From Diplonema japonicum (Eukaryota; Protista; Euglenozoa: Diplonemea): DNA of 64,000 nucleotides. How positions within the stretch are numbered: the stretch's first letter is position 1; each line of letters opens with the position of its first letter. Positions 20,671 to 31,023 of the stretch are shown piece after piece. The notes beneath the pieces were generated by a model. That model was not told where the DNA came from. It did no database searches and saw only the letters and a list, made by a program, of their open reading frames with translations. Made by a program: the position numbers and the translations under genes. The stretch is taken from positions 434,001-498,000 of the forward strand of contig OZ025651.1 in NCBI GenBank assembly GCA_964019335.1. The letters run 5' to 3'.

Positions 20671-22653
20671 TTACCAACACCTTCGCGGTAGTCTAATTTC
20701 TTCTTCTTCCTCTTCTTCTTCTTCCTCATCGGCGTCGTCTTCTGTTTCCTCATCAGATGTGACATCCTCTGTACAAGGTAAACCCCTTAGAGGTGGCTCG
20801 TTTGGATCAATTCGTTCATAAAACAAAAGATAAGCAGGTGCATTTGCTACAGCTTGCTCGGAGATGGGAAGGACATTGTCGTCATCGTAAGCAATCCACG
20901 AACCGACATGCTTGTTGAAGGCAACAGCGGTGAAGTGTCCCATATTTGCTGTACCGTAGTGAAGAACGGCTCCGTACAGGTTATACAGGGTAGGGTGAGA
21001 TTGCTCGGAAGCAGGGTCAAGGTATGTTTGCAAATCGAGGTTCTTCAAAGGAAACGTAACACTGACATCAGCCTTCTTCTTCACACCATATCCACTGTAA
21101 GAGAACTTCTTGAGCTGGATGACTAAATACTTTGGAAGCTTCCATAAGCTCATAGTTTTGAACGCCCTGGTTTTTTCCTTGCAACCACCGCACGTCCACA
21201 TATTGTCCTCATCAAGCTGTTCAGTAGCGTTATGCTGTTGAAGACAAGATTCAAGCGAAACACTTCTCCTTACACCACAGGCAGGTTGCCGGCTAGCATC
21301 GACAACCGACGGATGCCGAACTGGCTCGGAACGTATGTAATGATAATCCGCCCAAAACGCATACATCACAATAATACGATTCTGCGGTACAGGGAGAAAC
21401 TCGCTGGAGGCGGGGTCCAAAGCATCTTCAGGCTCAGGGGATTCGGATAGATAAGCCAGTTTCGCATCAGGACGCGCCTCCTCCGCCAATTTGTACAAAT
21501 CAGATATCATCGTCCTGTCATCTACACGTACCAACACCGCAGTATCTAAAGTATGCGTTAAATCATCCAACGCTTGTTCAGGGCATTCGATATCAACACT
21601 AACCAATCTTACCAAAAACTCAGCCTCATTATCCTTTTTAATAGGAAGGTGTTCCAGCCCGCAAAGTACGGAGTCGAGTGGGATACGTCCAACAGGTGTG
21701 TCCGGGTGTAAGTACCGCATGACATGCTTCCCTTGCATGAAGCACATTTGAACTGTTTGAAGCCCGCACGGAACGGGTCCCGGACACACCATTTCGAGAA
21801 GCTTGTCCGCAACATCCGATACACTCCATGTTGGGCTCGTTTTGATGGTAACGAACACAGGTGGTGCTTCGGCATCGATGGGTATGTATAAAATATACAA
21901 TGCCCGGAGATTGTCGGTCTGTCCCATTGGTTGAACAGAAAGCTGGAGGTACATTAACGGGTCGTAAGAAGTGGACTCGTGGCCGCATTGGTCGCATTGG
22001 ATGTGGGATTTCGCTTGGCCGTGAAAAAGGTCGACGATTATGGATTGGTTTCTGGAGAGGTACGCATCCCAAGACTGCTCCGGGGTCATCGAAGAAGGGG
22101 TTTCAGTGTATTTCTTGGTGATGACACGGTTGACATCTTCGTGCAGAGCATCCAGAAAAAACAGAAGAAATTCTTGCGAATCCTGCTGTTGTTCCATTGC
22201 GAACGGGGCCGTTCCGTTGTTGTTTATTTGCGAACACAATAATGTCGGGGCGAAGTATTTGTACACACCCGACCACAGGATTTTTAAAAATATTGAGAAT
22301 GCACCGGCTACCGTGCCCTTTCGGCCTATTGGGTTGTTTACATTTACATGTTGTGTGTAGACATCGTCCAGGAAGTACTCCTTCAGGCCTAAAGTGTGTG
22401 AAAGACATTGTAGGGCTGCGTTAATGTAACAGCTGTTGCCGATGTTTTGTAAGCCCGTGTTTCCAGGGTGTACCCACCCTATGGTGCCCCATCTTGGTGT
22501 CGTCGCTGCTCTTACCGTCCGGCACTCCACGGGGTCCCACGCGTATCCCAACGGGATCGCGCACCAGCTTTTTCTTTTTTCCGATATAACATCTGGGGAG
22601 GGGCCGTCGATAATGTGTGCCTCTTCTTCATTTTTTATGTCCGTTTCCCCCAT
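20671..22653 (-). CDS. Ubiquitin carboxyl-terminal hydrolase (USP/peptidase C19, USP4/11/15-like), 660 aa
   Basis: Cys box GLQNIGNSCYINAALQCL, QQDSQEF, CxxC pairs, His box HYGTANMGHFTA, YLLFYER. Confidence 0.95.
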   Translation of the reverse strand: MGETDIKNEEEAHIIDGPSPDVISEKRKSWCAIPLGYAWDPVECRTVRAATTPRWGTIGWVHPGNTGLQNIGNSCYINAALQCLSHTLGLKEYFLDDVYTQHVNVNNPIGRKGTVAGAFSIFLKILWSGVYKYFAPTLLCSQINNNGTAPFAMEQQQDSQEFLLFFLDALHEDVNRVITKKYTETPSSMTPEQSWDAYLSRNQSIIVDLFHGQAKSHIQCDQCGHESTSYDPLMYLQLSVQPMGQTDNLRALYILYIPIDAEAPPVFVTIKTSPTWSVSDVADKLLEMVCPGPVPCGLQTVQMCFMQGKHVMRYLHPDTPVGRIPLDSVLCGLEHLPIKKDNEAEFLVRLVSVDIECPEQALDDLTHTLDTAVLVRVDDRTMISDLYKLAEEARPDAKLAYLSESPEPEDALDPASSEFLPVPQNRIIVMYAFWADYHYIRSEPVRHPSVVDASRQPACGVRRSVSLESCLQQHNATEQLDEDNMWTCGGCKEKTRAFKTMSLWKLPKYLVIQLKKFSYSGYGVKKKADVSVTFPLKNLDLQTYLDPASEQSHPTLYNLYGAVLHYGTANMGHFTAVAFNKHVGSWIAYDDDNVLPISEQAVANAPAYLLFYERIDPNEPPLRGLPCTEDVTSDEETEDDADEEEEEEEEEEIRLPRRCW

Positions 22654-23165
22654 TGAAGGGGATCCTACACGCCCTCCCGACCTTGGAATAAATGAAAAGA
22701 AAGGAGGCTGGGTGGGGGGGAGAAAAAAAAAAAGGAGGGGAAGACAAATTTTTAAAAAAAAAAAAGAAAAGAAATTGGCAGTGTATTTTTTTTTCCCCCT
22801 CATTTTTTTTTTTTTTTTTTTGCTCTTCTTCTTTCCTCCTTTTGTATTCCCCAGGGTTGAGGGCGGACACTTTTTTTTTTTTTGGGTTTCGTAAAGAAAA
22901 AAAAAAGAAGAGGAACATGGCTGTTGTTTGTGTGACCGATTAGAAACCTGGAGAAGTTTATAAACCCGTGCACATTCTCAACGTTCTCCTCGTTTGACAA
23001 GTCAAAAGACTCGTTCTTATAAAAAAAAGAAAGAAAGAAATAAAAAGAAAAAGAGGAAATGTAATTTTTCGTCGGAGTTGTCCTCTAGGGAGGGAAGCTA
23101 GTGTAAAGAGTACAAGAACGAATAAAAAAAAAAGGGAAAATCCCATGGAAGGCACAAACGGCGAG

Positions 23166-23197
<32 letters not shown>

Positions 23198-23334
23198 CAA
23201 AAGAGCAAACAAAAAAAACAAAAAAAAAAGCAGGGTAAAACATGGGTATGGATGGGGGAGGGAGGGAAAAAAAAAAAACTCAAAAGACCAATACCACCTG
23301 AGGTGAGCCTCTTCGTGGTGCGAGTTTTTTATTC

Positions 23335-23362
<28 letters not shown>

Positions 23363-23365
<3 letters not shown>

Positions 23366-23936
23366 AAAGTACAGGACAAGCCCCCCGCTAGAGGGCCGCC
23401 CTATGGGAGGGGGGGGTCTATCTGTTAATACTCCCCTTCTGGAGCATTGCTTTCATCCCGATTGTGGCTGCGAGCGTCTTGCGGAGTCGTGTGATGCGAT
23501 CCCGCTTGTAGGCGGCCTTCAAATCCATCAGCTTGTCGTGCGTGGACTGGGTAGCAAAAATGGGCCTCCTGGAGAAGCCTATAGCTGCCTTTCCTCCTAT
23601 GGCGATGAGGGATTTCACCCTTTTCTGCTCATCCGCTGGGAAGGGGCGTCGCTTCTTCCGTGCCCTGCACGCTGCGTTTATCTTTACGATTAGGGCCTTG
23701 ATTCTGCGTGCCCTATCTTCCAGCAGGCCTCCTAATGATTTACCGGTCGTCCATTCGAAGTCAATGGCTAGCTCCACCGCCGACACCTCCGAGGCGGTGT
23801 CCTTCTCCACCCAGCGCAGCTGTGACAACCATTGTAGCAGCGGGTTCAGGTACTGGGCCAGGACCCCACCCACTCCCTCGAGCTCGCCTGCTATCGGAAC
23901 GGGGCATCTCTTTCCTACTACATTTCGTTCCCACGG
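23363..23936 (-). mobile_element. Non-LTR retroposon family A, copy 1 (574-bp 3' fragment)
   Basis: Near-identical to 26240-26807; flanked on the sense strand by T23 (5') and T28 (3'). Confidence 0.9.
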
Positions 23937-24191
23937 AAAAAAAAAAAAAAAAAAAAAAAGATCACTATGATGGAGGAGAAGTGTTAAACAACTGCACCCC
24001 CAATGGAGAAGGGGGAATAAAAGGAATACGAAAACTGTTTTTTTTTTTCCTTTTTTTTTCTCATCATTCTTTCTTTTCCTCCCTTCTTTTTCTATAGAAC
24101 AACACAAAAACGGCGGAGTGCATACTTCAGGTTTTCAGTTTGCTTCACAAAATTTCTTCAAAATCAAAAAGTTTTTTTTTATAGTACAAAA

Positions 24192-24531
24192 CATAGACCG
24201 AAGTCATTATGAGTCATAATCGGTCTAGGCCAGACTCTACAAGCTGGTCAGCGACTCAAAAATGGTCAATCATGGACTGACCTGTCCGGTGCAGTTAGGT
24301 GCTACATCAACGCACCCCTCGTGATGACGAAGGTGGACAAGGTATTCTCGAAAAGCAAGTATTTGCCCTCTGACAGACGCCAGAACCTAAAGGGCATTCA
24401 GCCTGTTGTTCGCACTTGCGCAAACAAAGACTTTCGTAATGTTTTTTCGAAGTCCGACGATGAGAGTGCGTCCTTAGATAGAACTTTCCTTTTGGCAATC
24501 GGCCTATGACTCATAATGGCTTCGGTCTATG
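24192..24531. mobile_element. MITE-like element, 340 bp, with 27-bp terminal inverted repeats
   Basis: CATAGACCGAAGTCATTATGAGTCATA (24192-24218) and its reverse complement with 1 mismatch (24505-24531); no convincing ORF; no clear TSD. Confidence 0.8.
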
Positions 24532-24618
24532 ACAATAAAACAAAAACAAAAGCAAAAACAAAAAAAAAACACTAAGACCACACTTTTTTTTTCCCTCTCA
24601 ACAGCTTTTTTTTTTCCA

Positions 24619-25295
24619 TCAATCCATGGGTCTGTTGCTAGGGGACATGACCTCAGCCGTCTTCCTGGTCTTCCTCATCGGGGAGGTAGCGGTGGATGTG
24701 GCCACAAGCTGATCCTTGATGTACTCGAAAGCCTCTTGGACATCGTCAGTGATGAAAAGGCTGTCGATATCCTTCTGGCTGATGGTACCAAGGTCTGCAA
24801 GGAGTTTCCAGTTCACAACCTCGCTCCAGTATTTCTTCCCGATGAGAACAGTAGGGAACGGCGGCTTCTTCCCAGTTTGCTTGAGGGTCACGGACTCAAA
24901 CAGTTCATCAAACGTGCCAAATCCACCAGGGAAGGCGATCAACACCTTTGCAGGGTACATCATCCAGTACTTCCTCGTGAAGAAGTAATGAAAGGTAAAA
25001 GCGAGCTCTTTTGAAACGTACGGGTTCAGGCCCTTTTCAAAAGGAAGCGAGATGGCGAAACCAGCACTCCTAGCACCCTTTACCTTGGACGCACCTTTAT
25101 TGGCTGCTTCCATTAACCCTGGGCCTCCACCGGTGGCAACGACGTACTTCTGATCGAATTCCGTTTCCCCACGTCTTTCCTTAAGCCAGCATGGATCAGC
25201 ACCCCTCAAGGAATGCCCACCAGGATGGACACCGTCGACATTCATGTTGGCCAGGTCCTTGCTGAGCCCCCATTCCGTCAGGAGTTTGGAGAGTT

Positions 25296-25339
<44 letters not shown>

Positions 25340-25820
25340 ACCTCGCACTTCTCCATGTATTCGCAAAGCCATTCTGTCTTTGCAAGACGCTCCTTTTTGG
25401 CGTCTAAGTCTGAACGTTGCTTTGCGCTGAGATCGGTTGCTTTGAGTTTCTCATCAGTTTGTGCAACCTTTTTTTTTTTTTTTTTTTTTTTTGTGTTTTA
25501 AATTGTTGTTGGGTACACACCGCTTTTTCCCAATCGGGGCGGTACATAGCCCTGGCGCTCCCGAAGAACAAGAAGGTTCCGTAAACGGAGTTTCTCTGGA
25601 GCCTTGTGAGTGTCTCTTCGAACTCGCACAGGATCCGGATGTTCCTCGCGTCCCTGCTCATCAAAAACTCTTCATTTTTGTACGCTTTGTCAACTACCAC
25701 CAGCTCCGTCCCTTCCACGTCTCCGTCCTTCTGGTCGTAAGGAGCAGCGTGCCCGTGTTTCATGTCGTGCAGTTTCCTCTTTGTCCTCGGGGTCACCTTC
25801 TTTGGCGTAGTCTTAGTCAT
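24619..25820 (-). CDS. LOG-family protein (nucleotide phosphoribohydrolase, 'lysine decarboxylase-like'); 3 exons (25820-25521, 25467-25342, 25296-24619), 367 aa
   Basis: FFGSAR, TGGGPGLMEAANKGA, LPFEKGLNPY, FHYFFTRK and PGGFGTFDELFE motifs; two poly(A) introns. Confidence 0.9.
25297..25341 (-). other. Cis-intron, 45 nt, GTATTT-A38-G
   Basis: Removal deletes VF+K13 and gives EYMEKCE|ELSKLLTEW, matching the LOG-family helix (YYxxARELARLL-like). Confidence 0.8.
25468..25520 (-). other. Cis-intron, 53 nt, GTGTGT...A24-G
   Basis: Removal joins ORF 25404-25820 in frame with ORF 24619-25356. Confidence 0.85.
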
Positions 25821-25821
25821 A

Positions 25822-25824
<3 letters not shown>

Positions 25825-25852
<28 letters not shown>
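25825..25852. repeat. (GT)14 microsatellite in the LOG gene 5' leader
   Basis: Direct reading. Confidence 0.9.
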
Positions 25853-25868
<16 letters not shown>

Positions 25869-26239
25869 TTCCCTTTGATAATTATTTAGGGAAAGAAGAG
25901 GGGGAAGAACACAATATTAGTGTAAAGATGGAAGAAAGAAAAAAAAAAAGTATAGAGAGAGGGAGAGAAAGAGAGAGGAAATAATAGTGAAGCGTTGCTT
26001 TTTTTTTTTTTTTTTTTTTTATTATTGTATTTTTTATTATTTCTGGAAATCTTTTTTTTTTTTTTTTTTTGCTCGGGACAAGAATACTATCTGTATTACA
26101 ACAAACAGTCCTTCCCTCGAGGCGGTGAAGGTTTATTTCGAATAGAAAGGCAGAGCTGGGGGGGAGAGAGGGAGGGGATTCTTCTGTCAAAGAGAAATGG
26201 GAGAGGATTTGTGTAAGTATCTGAGAGGGAAAAAAAAAA

Positions 26240-29200
26240 CTCAAAGTACAGGACAAGCCCCCCGCTAGAGGGCCGCCCTATGGGAGGGGGGGGTCTATCT
26301 GTTAATACTCCCCTTCTGGAGCATTGCTTTCATCCCGATTGTGGCTGCGAGCGTCTTGCGGAGTCGTGTGATGCGATCCCGCTTGTAGGCGGCCTTCAAA
26401 TCCATCAGCTTGTCGTGCGTGGACTGGGTAGCAAAAATGGGCCTCCTGGAGAAGCCTATAGCTGCCTTTCCTCCTATGGCGATGAGGGATTTCACCCTTT
26501 TCTGCTCATCCGCTGGGAAGGGGCGTCGCTTCTTCCGTGCCCTGCACGCTGCGTTTATCTTTACGATTAGGGCCTTGATTCTGCGTGCCCTATCTTCCAG
26601 CAGGCCTCCTAATGATTTACCGGTCGTCCATTCGAAGTCAATGGCTAGCTCCACCGCCGACACCTCCGAGGCGGTGTCCTTCTCCACCCAGCGCAACAAC
26701 CATTGTAGCAGCGGGTTCAGGTACTGGGACAGGACCCCACCCACTCCCTCGAGCTCGCCTGCTATCGGAACGGGGCATCTCTTTCCTACTACATTTCGTT
26801 CCCACGGTAGCGGCTGTGTGTTGACGTCCTCCTTCTGCACGAGCTCCACGTCCCGCTTCTCAACCACCACGGCCAAGTATCGTTGCAGTTTTTCCAGGTA
26901 TGCAAAGGCATGTCCTCTCGGCAGTATTGCGTGTAGCTCAAGACACAGGGGCCATCCCGTCCTGTCGCGCAGCGGTTCCAAACCGTCCTGTGCCAGCTCG
27001 TCCCGTGCGCAGGCACACTCGTAAAGCTGATGGCGTAGTAAGGTTACCGTGTCCGGGTGTGGTGACTCACACAGGTCACACCTGAACCCTTGTGTGCGTG
27101 GTACTTCCGTCGTTGGGACGTGGTCTATGCTGTCCCCGTCTTCCTCGGTGCCATCTCCTTCTGGTGCCAGGGGGACGCTCCTTTGACTCGTACCTGCATG
27201 CGGGCTAAGGTAGGGGACCCCTCCGGCGATCACCCGTCTCAGGCAGTAGGACATCCAGTTGGTTGGTTTTGGGATCCGCTCCCGCCTCCATCCCCTTCAC
27301 TGTGCTTCTTTCGTTCGCCAGTGACCTGCTCCGGGCTTTCCTCACCGCGTCCCTAAAGGCGTGCCCGCGCTCGGCCCAGGGTTTGTTCCTACAGTCTAGC
27401 AGCTGCGTCCAGTTCCACCCTATGTAGGGGAGCCACCGACATATCAGGTTGCCAACTGGCCCCATTGGGATGGACCCCGTGCCGCACCCCGCAGCGATCC
27501 GTGTGCATCTCTGTCGCAGTCTCTCGTCGTCAAGCGCTCTGGACACTACCTTCAGGGAGTGGTATATCACATAGGAGAGGGGGTCGCTGGTGTGCCCCTT
27601 CAAGAGGACCGTGTTGACCGCGGTTGGAGATCGTCCACGATGATGCGGGCCCCACAGATTGCATGTTACCCTCGTTGACAACTTCTTGAGTGTCTCGTCA
27701 CATGGGAGAGAGAACGGCCCGCTGTAGAGGCATGACGGGAGTACTGTCGTGCTGACCATGTGTGCTTTGGTCTCGAAAGCTAATCTCGTGCACCCTAGCC
27801 GGTCTAGTGAGTCAAGTGCATCCGTGGATGGTCTGTTCCATTTCGTTCCTGTCCTGCGCGTGTGATCCTCACGCCAAGCCCTTTGAAGTCCGTCACTGTC
27901 TTGTAAGGTACAGCAACTACCGAGCCTTTCCTAATCGCCGTACGGTCTCCTACGACTCTCGACTTGTAACCCTCTGCGGTGCCAAAGCCAACCGTCTTTT
28001 CCTCGTTGACCTTCATGCCAGTCAGGTCGCAGAACTCCAGAGTCCCTTCGACCGCTGCTTGTAGGGAGTCGCGTAGCTTCGCTAACAGGTAAGCGTCGTC
28101 GGCATATGCTAGCACCTCGGCGTCCGGCGCTACTTGCTCGATGGCCCGTATCATGATGGAGAGCAGGGCGTTGATGACAATGACCGACAACGGGCACCCT
28201 TGGAGGATTCCGTTTGTGGCCTCAAATGTGTCACCTACTCCTATGGGGTACTTGAACCTCCTTGTGATCTGGGAATACATCCCCTGGAGTGCTTTCCCTA
28301 TGGACTCGTCCATCCCCAGGGCGTTCATGAGGTCAAGTGACAGCTGTTGTGGGACTAGGTCGAAGCACTTTCGAAAATCCAGGGCTAGTCCCTCCAGAGG
28401 CTCTCCTTCCACCAAAGCCAGCTCCAGCTTGGTACACAGTTCCATGAGGGCTGTTGCTCGTACTGTGCTTGGGCCTAAACCCGTGCTGTCTCGGCGTGAT
28501 CCAACGTTCCTGCCAGTCAAGGACATCCTTCAGCCTCGTACACGCCCACAAGCGGTAGATGGTGCTGGTCACTGTGATGGGTCGGTGGTTCAGCGGTGCT
28601 GACCCTTCACCCTTTGGTATCAGTGACACCGTGGGCTGTCGTGATCTGTCTCGGCCACTGGCCCGTCTCCTCAATCAGGTTGAAGAGGTCTGCGAAGGCC
28701 TTCAGGATGCTCACCGGGAGACGTTTCAGCTCACTCATTCGCCAGCCGTCTACGCCACAGGCTCCCTTCTCCGGCTTCTTTTTGACCACTTCTCTTAGCC
28801 GCTCTGCTGTGATCGGGGTCCGCGTCATTGGGGTTTTCTTGATTAAGTCCCTGTAGCGTTGTGCGAATCGTTCGTACTGCGGCTCGTCTTCTGGTGTCCG
28901 CGCAGAAAAGATGCCCGACCAAGCATCCCGCACCACCTCGTCCATCTTCCGTAGGTTTGCGGTCACCCCGCCGTCTGCTGTCTCAACCACATCTGTCTTC
29001 TGGTTTGGGCGGTCTCTGACCCAGGCCGTGATGTGTCTGCGCTCCTTCCCAAAGTCTGAGCGTATTGAACGTTCGTATGCTTTCACCTGCATGTTCTTGC
29101 GTTGTAGGAGCAGCTCCGATAACATTCCCTGGGCGTGGTCTTCAGCTATTTCCAGCTCTCCCTTGATGCTATCAATACTCCCTGCCGCGTCGGTCTTGCA

Positions 29201-29382
29201 GGACTCGACCTTCAGCTCTTCCCCCAACGTTGTAATGTTCCTGAGTGTGTTCCGTACCTCTACTGGGAGCGGCCCGCAGTGCCCGCCCTCATAGAGCTTT
29301 AACATTTGCTGTTTTGCGCTTCGGATTTTGAGCTTCAACTTCTCAAGTCGTTGTTGTCGATTTGTTGCCGCCCCAACTGTCG
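26240..29382 (-). mobile_element. Non-LTR retroposon family A, copy 2 (3.1 kb, 5'-truncated, frameshifted RT pseudogene)
   Basis: RT motifs GVDGW, LIPK, HRPIT, QHGFRP, LDFRKCFD, GILQGCPLS, YADD, GMKVN; CDLC...H...C knuckle; ends TGTACTTTGAG plus T10. Confidence 0.92.
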
Positions 29383-29674
29383 AAAAAAGAAAATATTTTA
29401 GTTTCGAGAGGGAGTTTGCGCTCCCCCTCTTCTTCTTCTTCTTCTTTCGCTTACGTATTAAGTTATTATGGGTAAATAAACGGTCTCGCTGGGCCCTCTG
29501 ATGGTAAAATATTGGGAAGTGGGGCAAAACGAGTAAGAGGCCCAATATTTTCTTTTGTGCCGCCCATTTCTCTTTTATCTTCTTTTACCCTATATCCCTG
29601 AACCCGTTTGAATGACTCAGAAAATTCTCATGTCAACATGGCGGGGAATGAACGTGCACTAGGATTAAAAAAAA

Positions 29675-30293
29675 CTCGATCTATTTTTGCGGTGCGCTGG
29701 TTGGTGCCCACCGTGGACGGGGGATCCTACACGTGCCTGTCACCATTCTGCGGTTGCATCCTGGTGCCGGCCGTCGGGGTTTGCCTGTCCGTCATGGACG
29801 GCATCTGCGCTAAGAACATCGGTCGCAGTCCCTCCAAATAGGGGGCTGTTTGGGTTGACGAGAACAAGGGTCTCTTGTCGTAGCCATGCATCGCTGGTGC
29901 GCCCAGGTTTCTCAGGGAGTGTACTCTGGTCATCCTTCTTGCCGGGAAGCCGCTTTTGTTGCCCTTTGCCGCACATGCTTGCACTCTATTGAGGATGTAC
30001 CGCAGACGTGCGGCTTTTCTCTCCAACAGACTGCTCTCCCCATGTTCCCCGTATAAGGATATACCGGTCGTCATCTCAAAATCAATTGCCAGCTCCATCG
30101 TGGTGATTGACGTCTTCTTCGATCCTAGGTACCACCTCAGACCTTGCAGCCAGGGTAGCACATGTTTCAACTGCTTTTTCAGTATCTCACCCGTTGCTCC
30201 GTGCGCAACAAGCATCTCCTCCGTCGGTACCGGGCATCTTGTTCCGGTCGTCGTCTCTTTCCAAGGATATGGTCTTATAACATGCACCGTCCT
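29675..30293 (-). mobile_element. Non-LTR retroposon family C, 3' fragment with an intact C-terminal-domain ORF (29727-30287)
   Basis: PWKE..GTRCPVP, WLQGLRW and ITTMELAIDFEMTTG homologous to family A; ends GATCGAG plus T8; T14-AG at the 5' junction. Confidence 0.8.
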
Positions 30294-30408
30294 CTAAAAA
30301 AAAAAAAAAGAAGAAAGAGTCGGATGGTGATTTGCGGTGCCACATTTGCTTGTACAAGTTTGTTATTTCACCTCACAGTAGGGATAAACGGACAAGCTGC
30401 ACATGATC

Positions 30409-30439
<31 letters not shown>

Positions 30440-30616
30440 TTTCTTGGCAATAACAATTCTTTTCAAAGTTTGTTTCGTTCCGGCAAGAAGAAAGAAAAAA
30501 AAAGGAAAAAAAAAGAGAGAGAGAAGATATATAAGAGACGTGTGCAGCTCAGCCTCAGACCCCGGAAAGAAAAAGGAAGGAAAAAATAAATAAAATATAT
30601 GAGTTAAAGGAGGCCG

Positions 30617-30682
30617 GTGTTGGCGGCGCCCTGCACAAGAACTGTCTACTTGATTACAGGGGGCGCGTTCTTCTGCGTTCCA
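30617..30682 (-). mobile_element. Short degenerate retroposon relic
   Basis: Aligns by eye with 321-399 (ggcgccctgc..., ggggcgcg, ttcttctgcgttcc). Confidence 0.45.
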
Positions 30683-30880
30683 ATAAAAAAAGAAGAATTA
30701 TCTTTTTTTTTTTTCAATATTTCTTTTTTATTTTACCGCTGCCCAAATTTAAAATTGGATAATTTACAAAACCGCCTATCTGGCCTCAGGGGGCAATCCT
30801 GCTGGTAAACCAGATCGGTCACCGTGCCTGATCCCTGGCCTGGATGGGGGCTTGAAAGAAGAGGAAGTGAGAGACATGGA

Positions 30881-30937
<57 letters not shown>

Positions 30938-31023
30938 TTTACTGCCAAGGGCCCGCAGGGCCCGAGATGGTAAAATGCGGAACCGAGAGGTGGGTAAAGC
31001 ATTACTTGGCGGTAGGTAAGTGG

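Noticed and set aside
20639-20680. Possible extra A-rich intron at the USP C-terminus
   Set aside because: Weak donor (GTGTTG), ambiguous acceptor, not needed to complete the protein, and A-rich sequence also follows other stop codons.
23270-23330. Small hairpin AAAAAACTC...ACCAC..GAGG-TGAG-CCTC..GTGGT..GAGTTTTTT
   Set aside because: Short interrupted stems, partly homopolymer; could easily arise by chance.
26240-29382. Assignment to SLACS/CZAR/CRE site-specific elements
   Set aside because: No restriction-like endonuclease motif recognised after the knuckle and copies are not inside SL RNA arrays; the clade cannot be called without a phylogeny.
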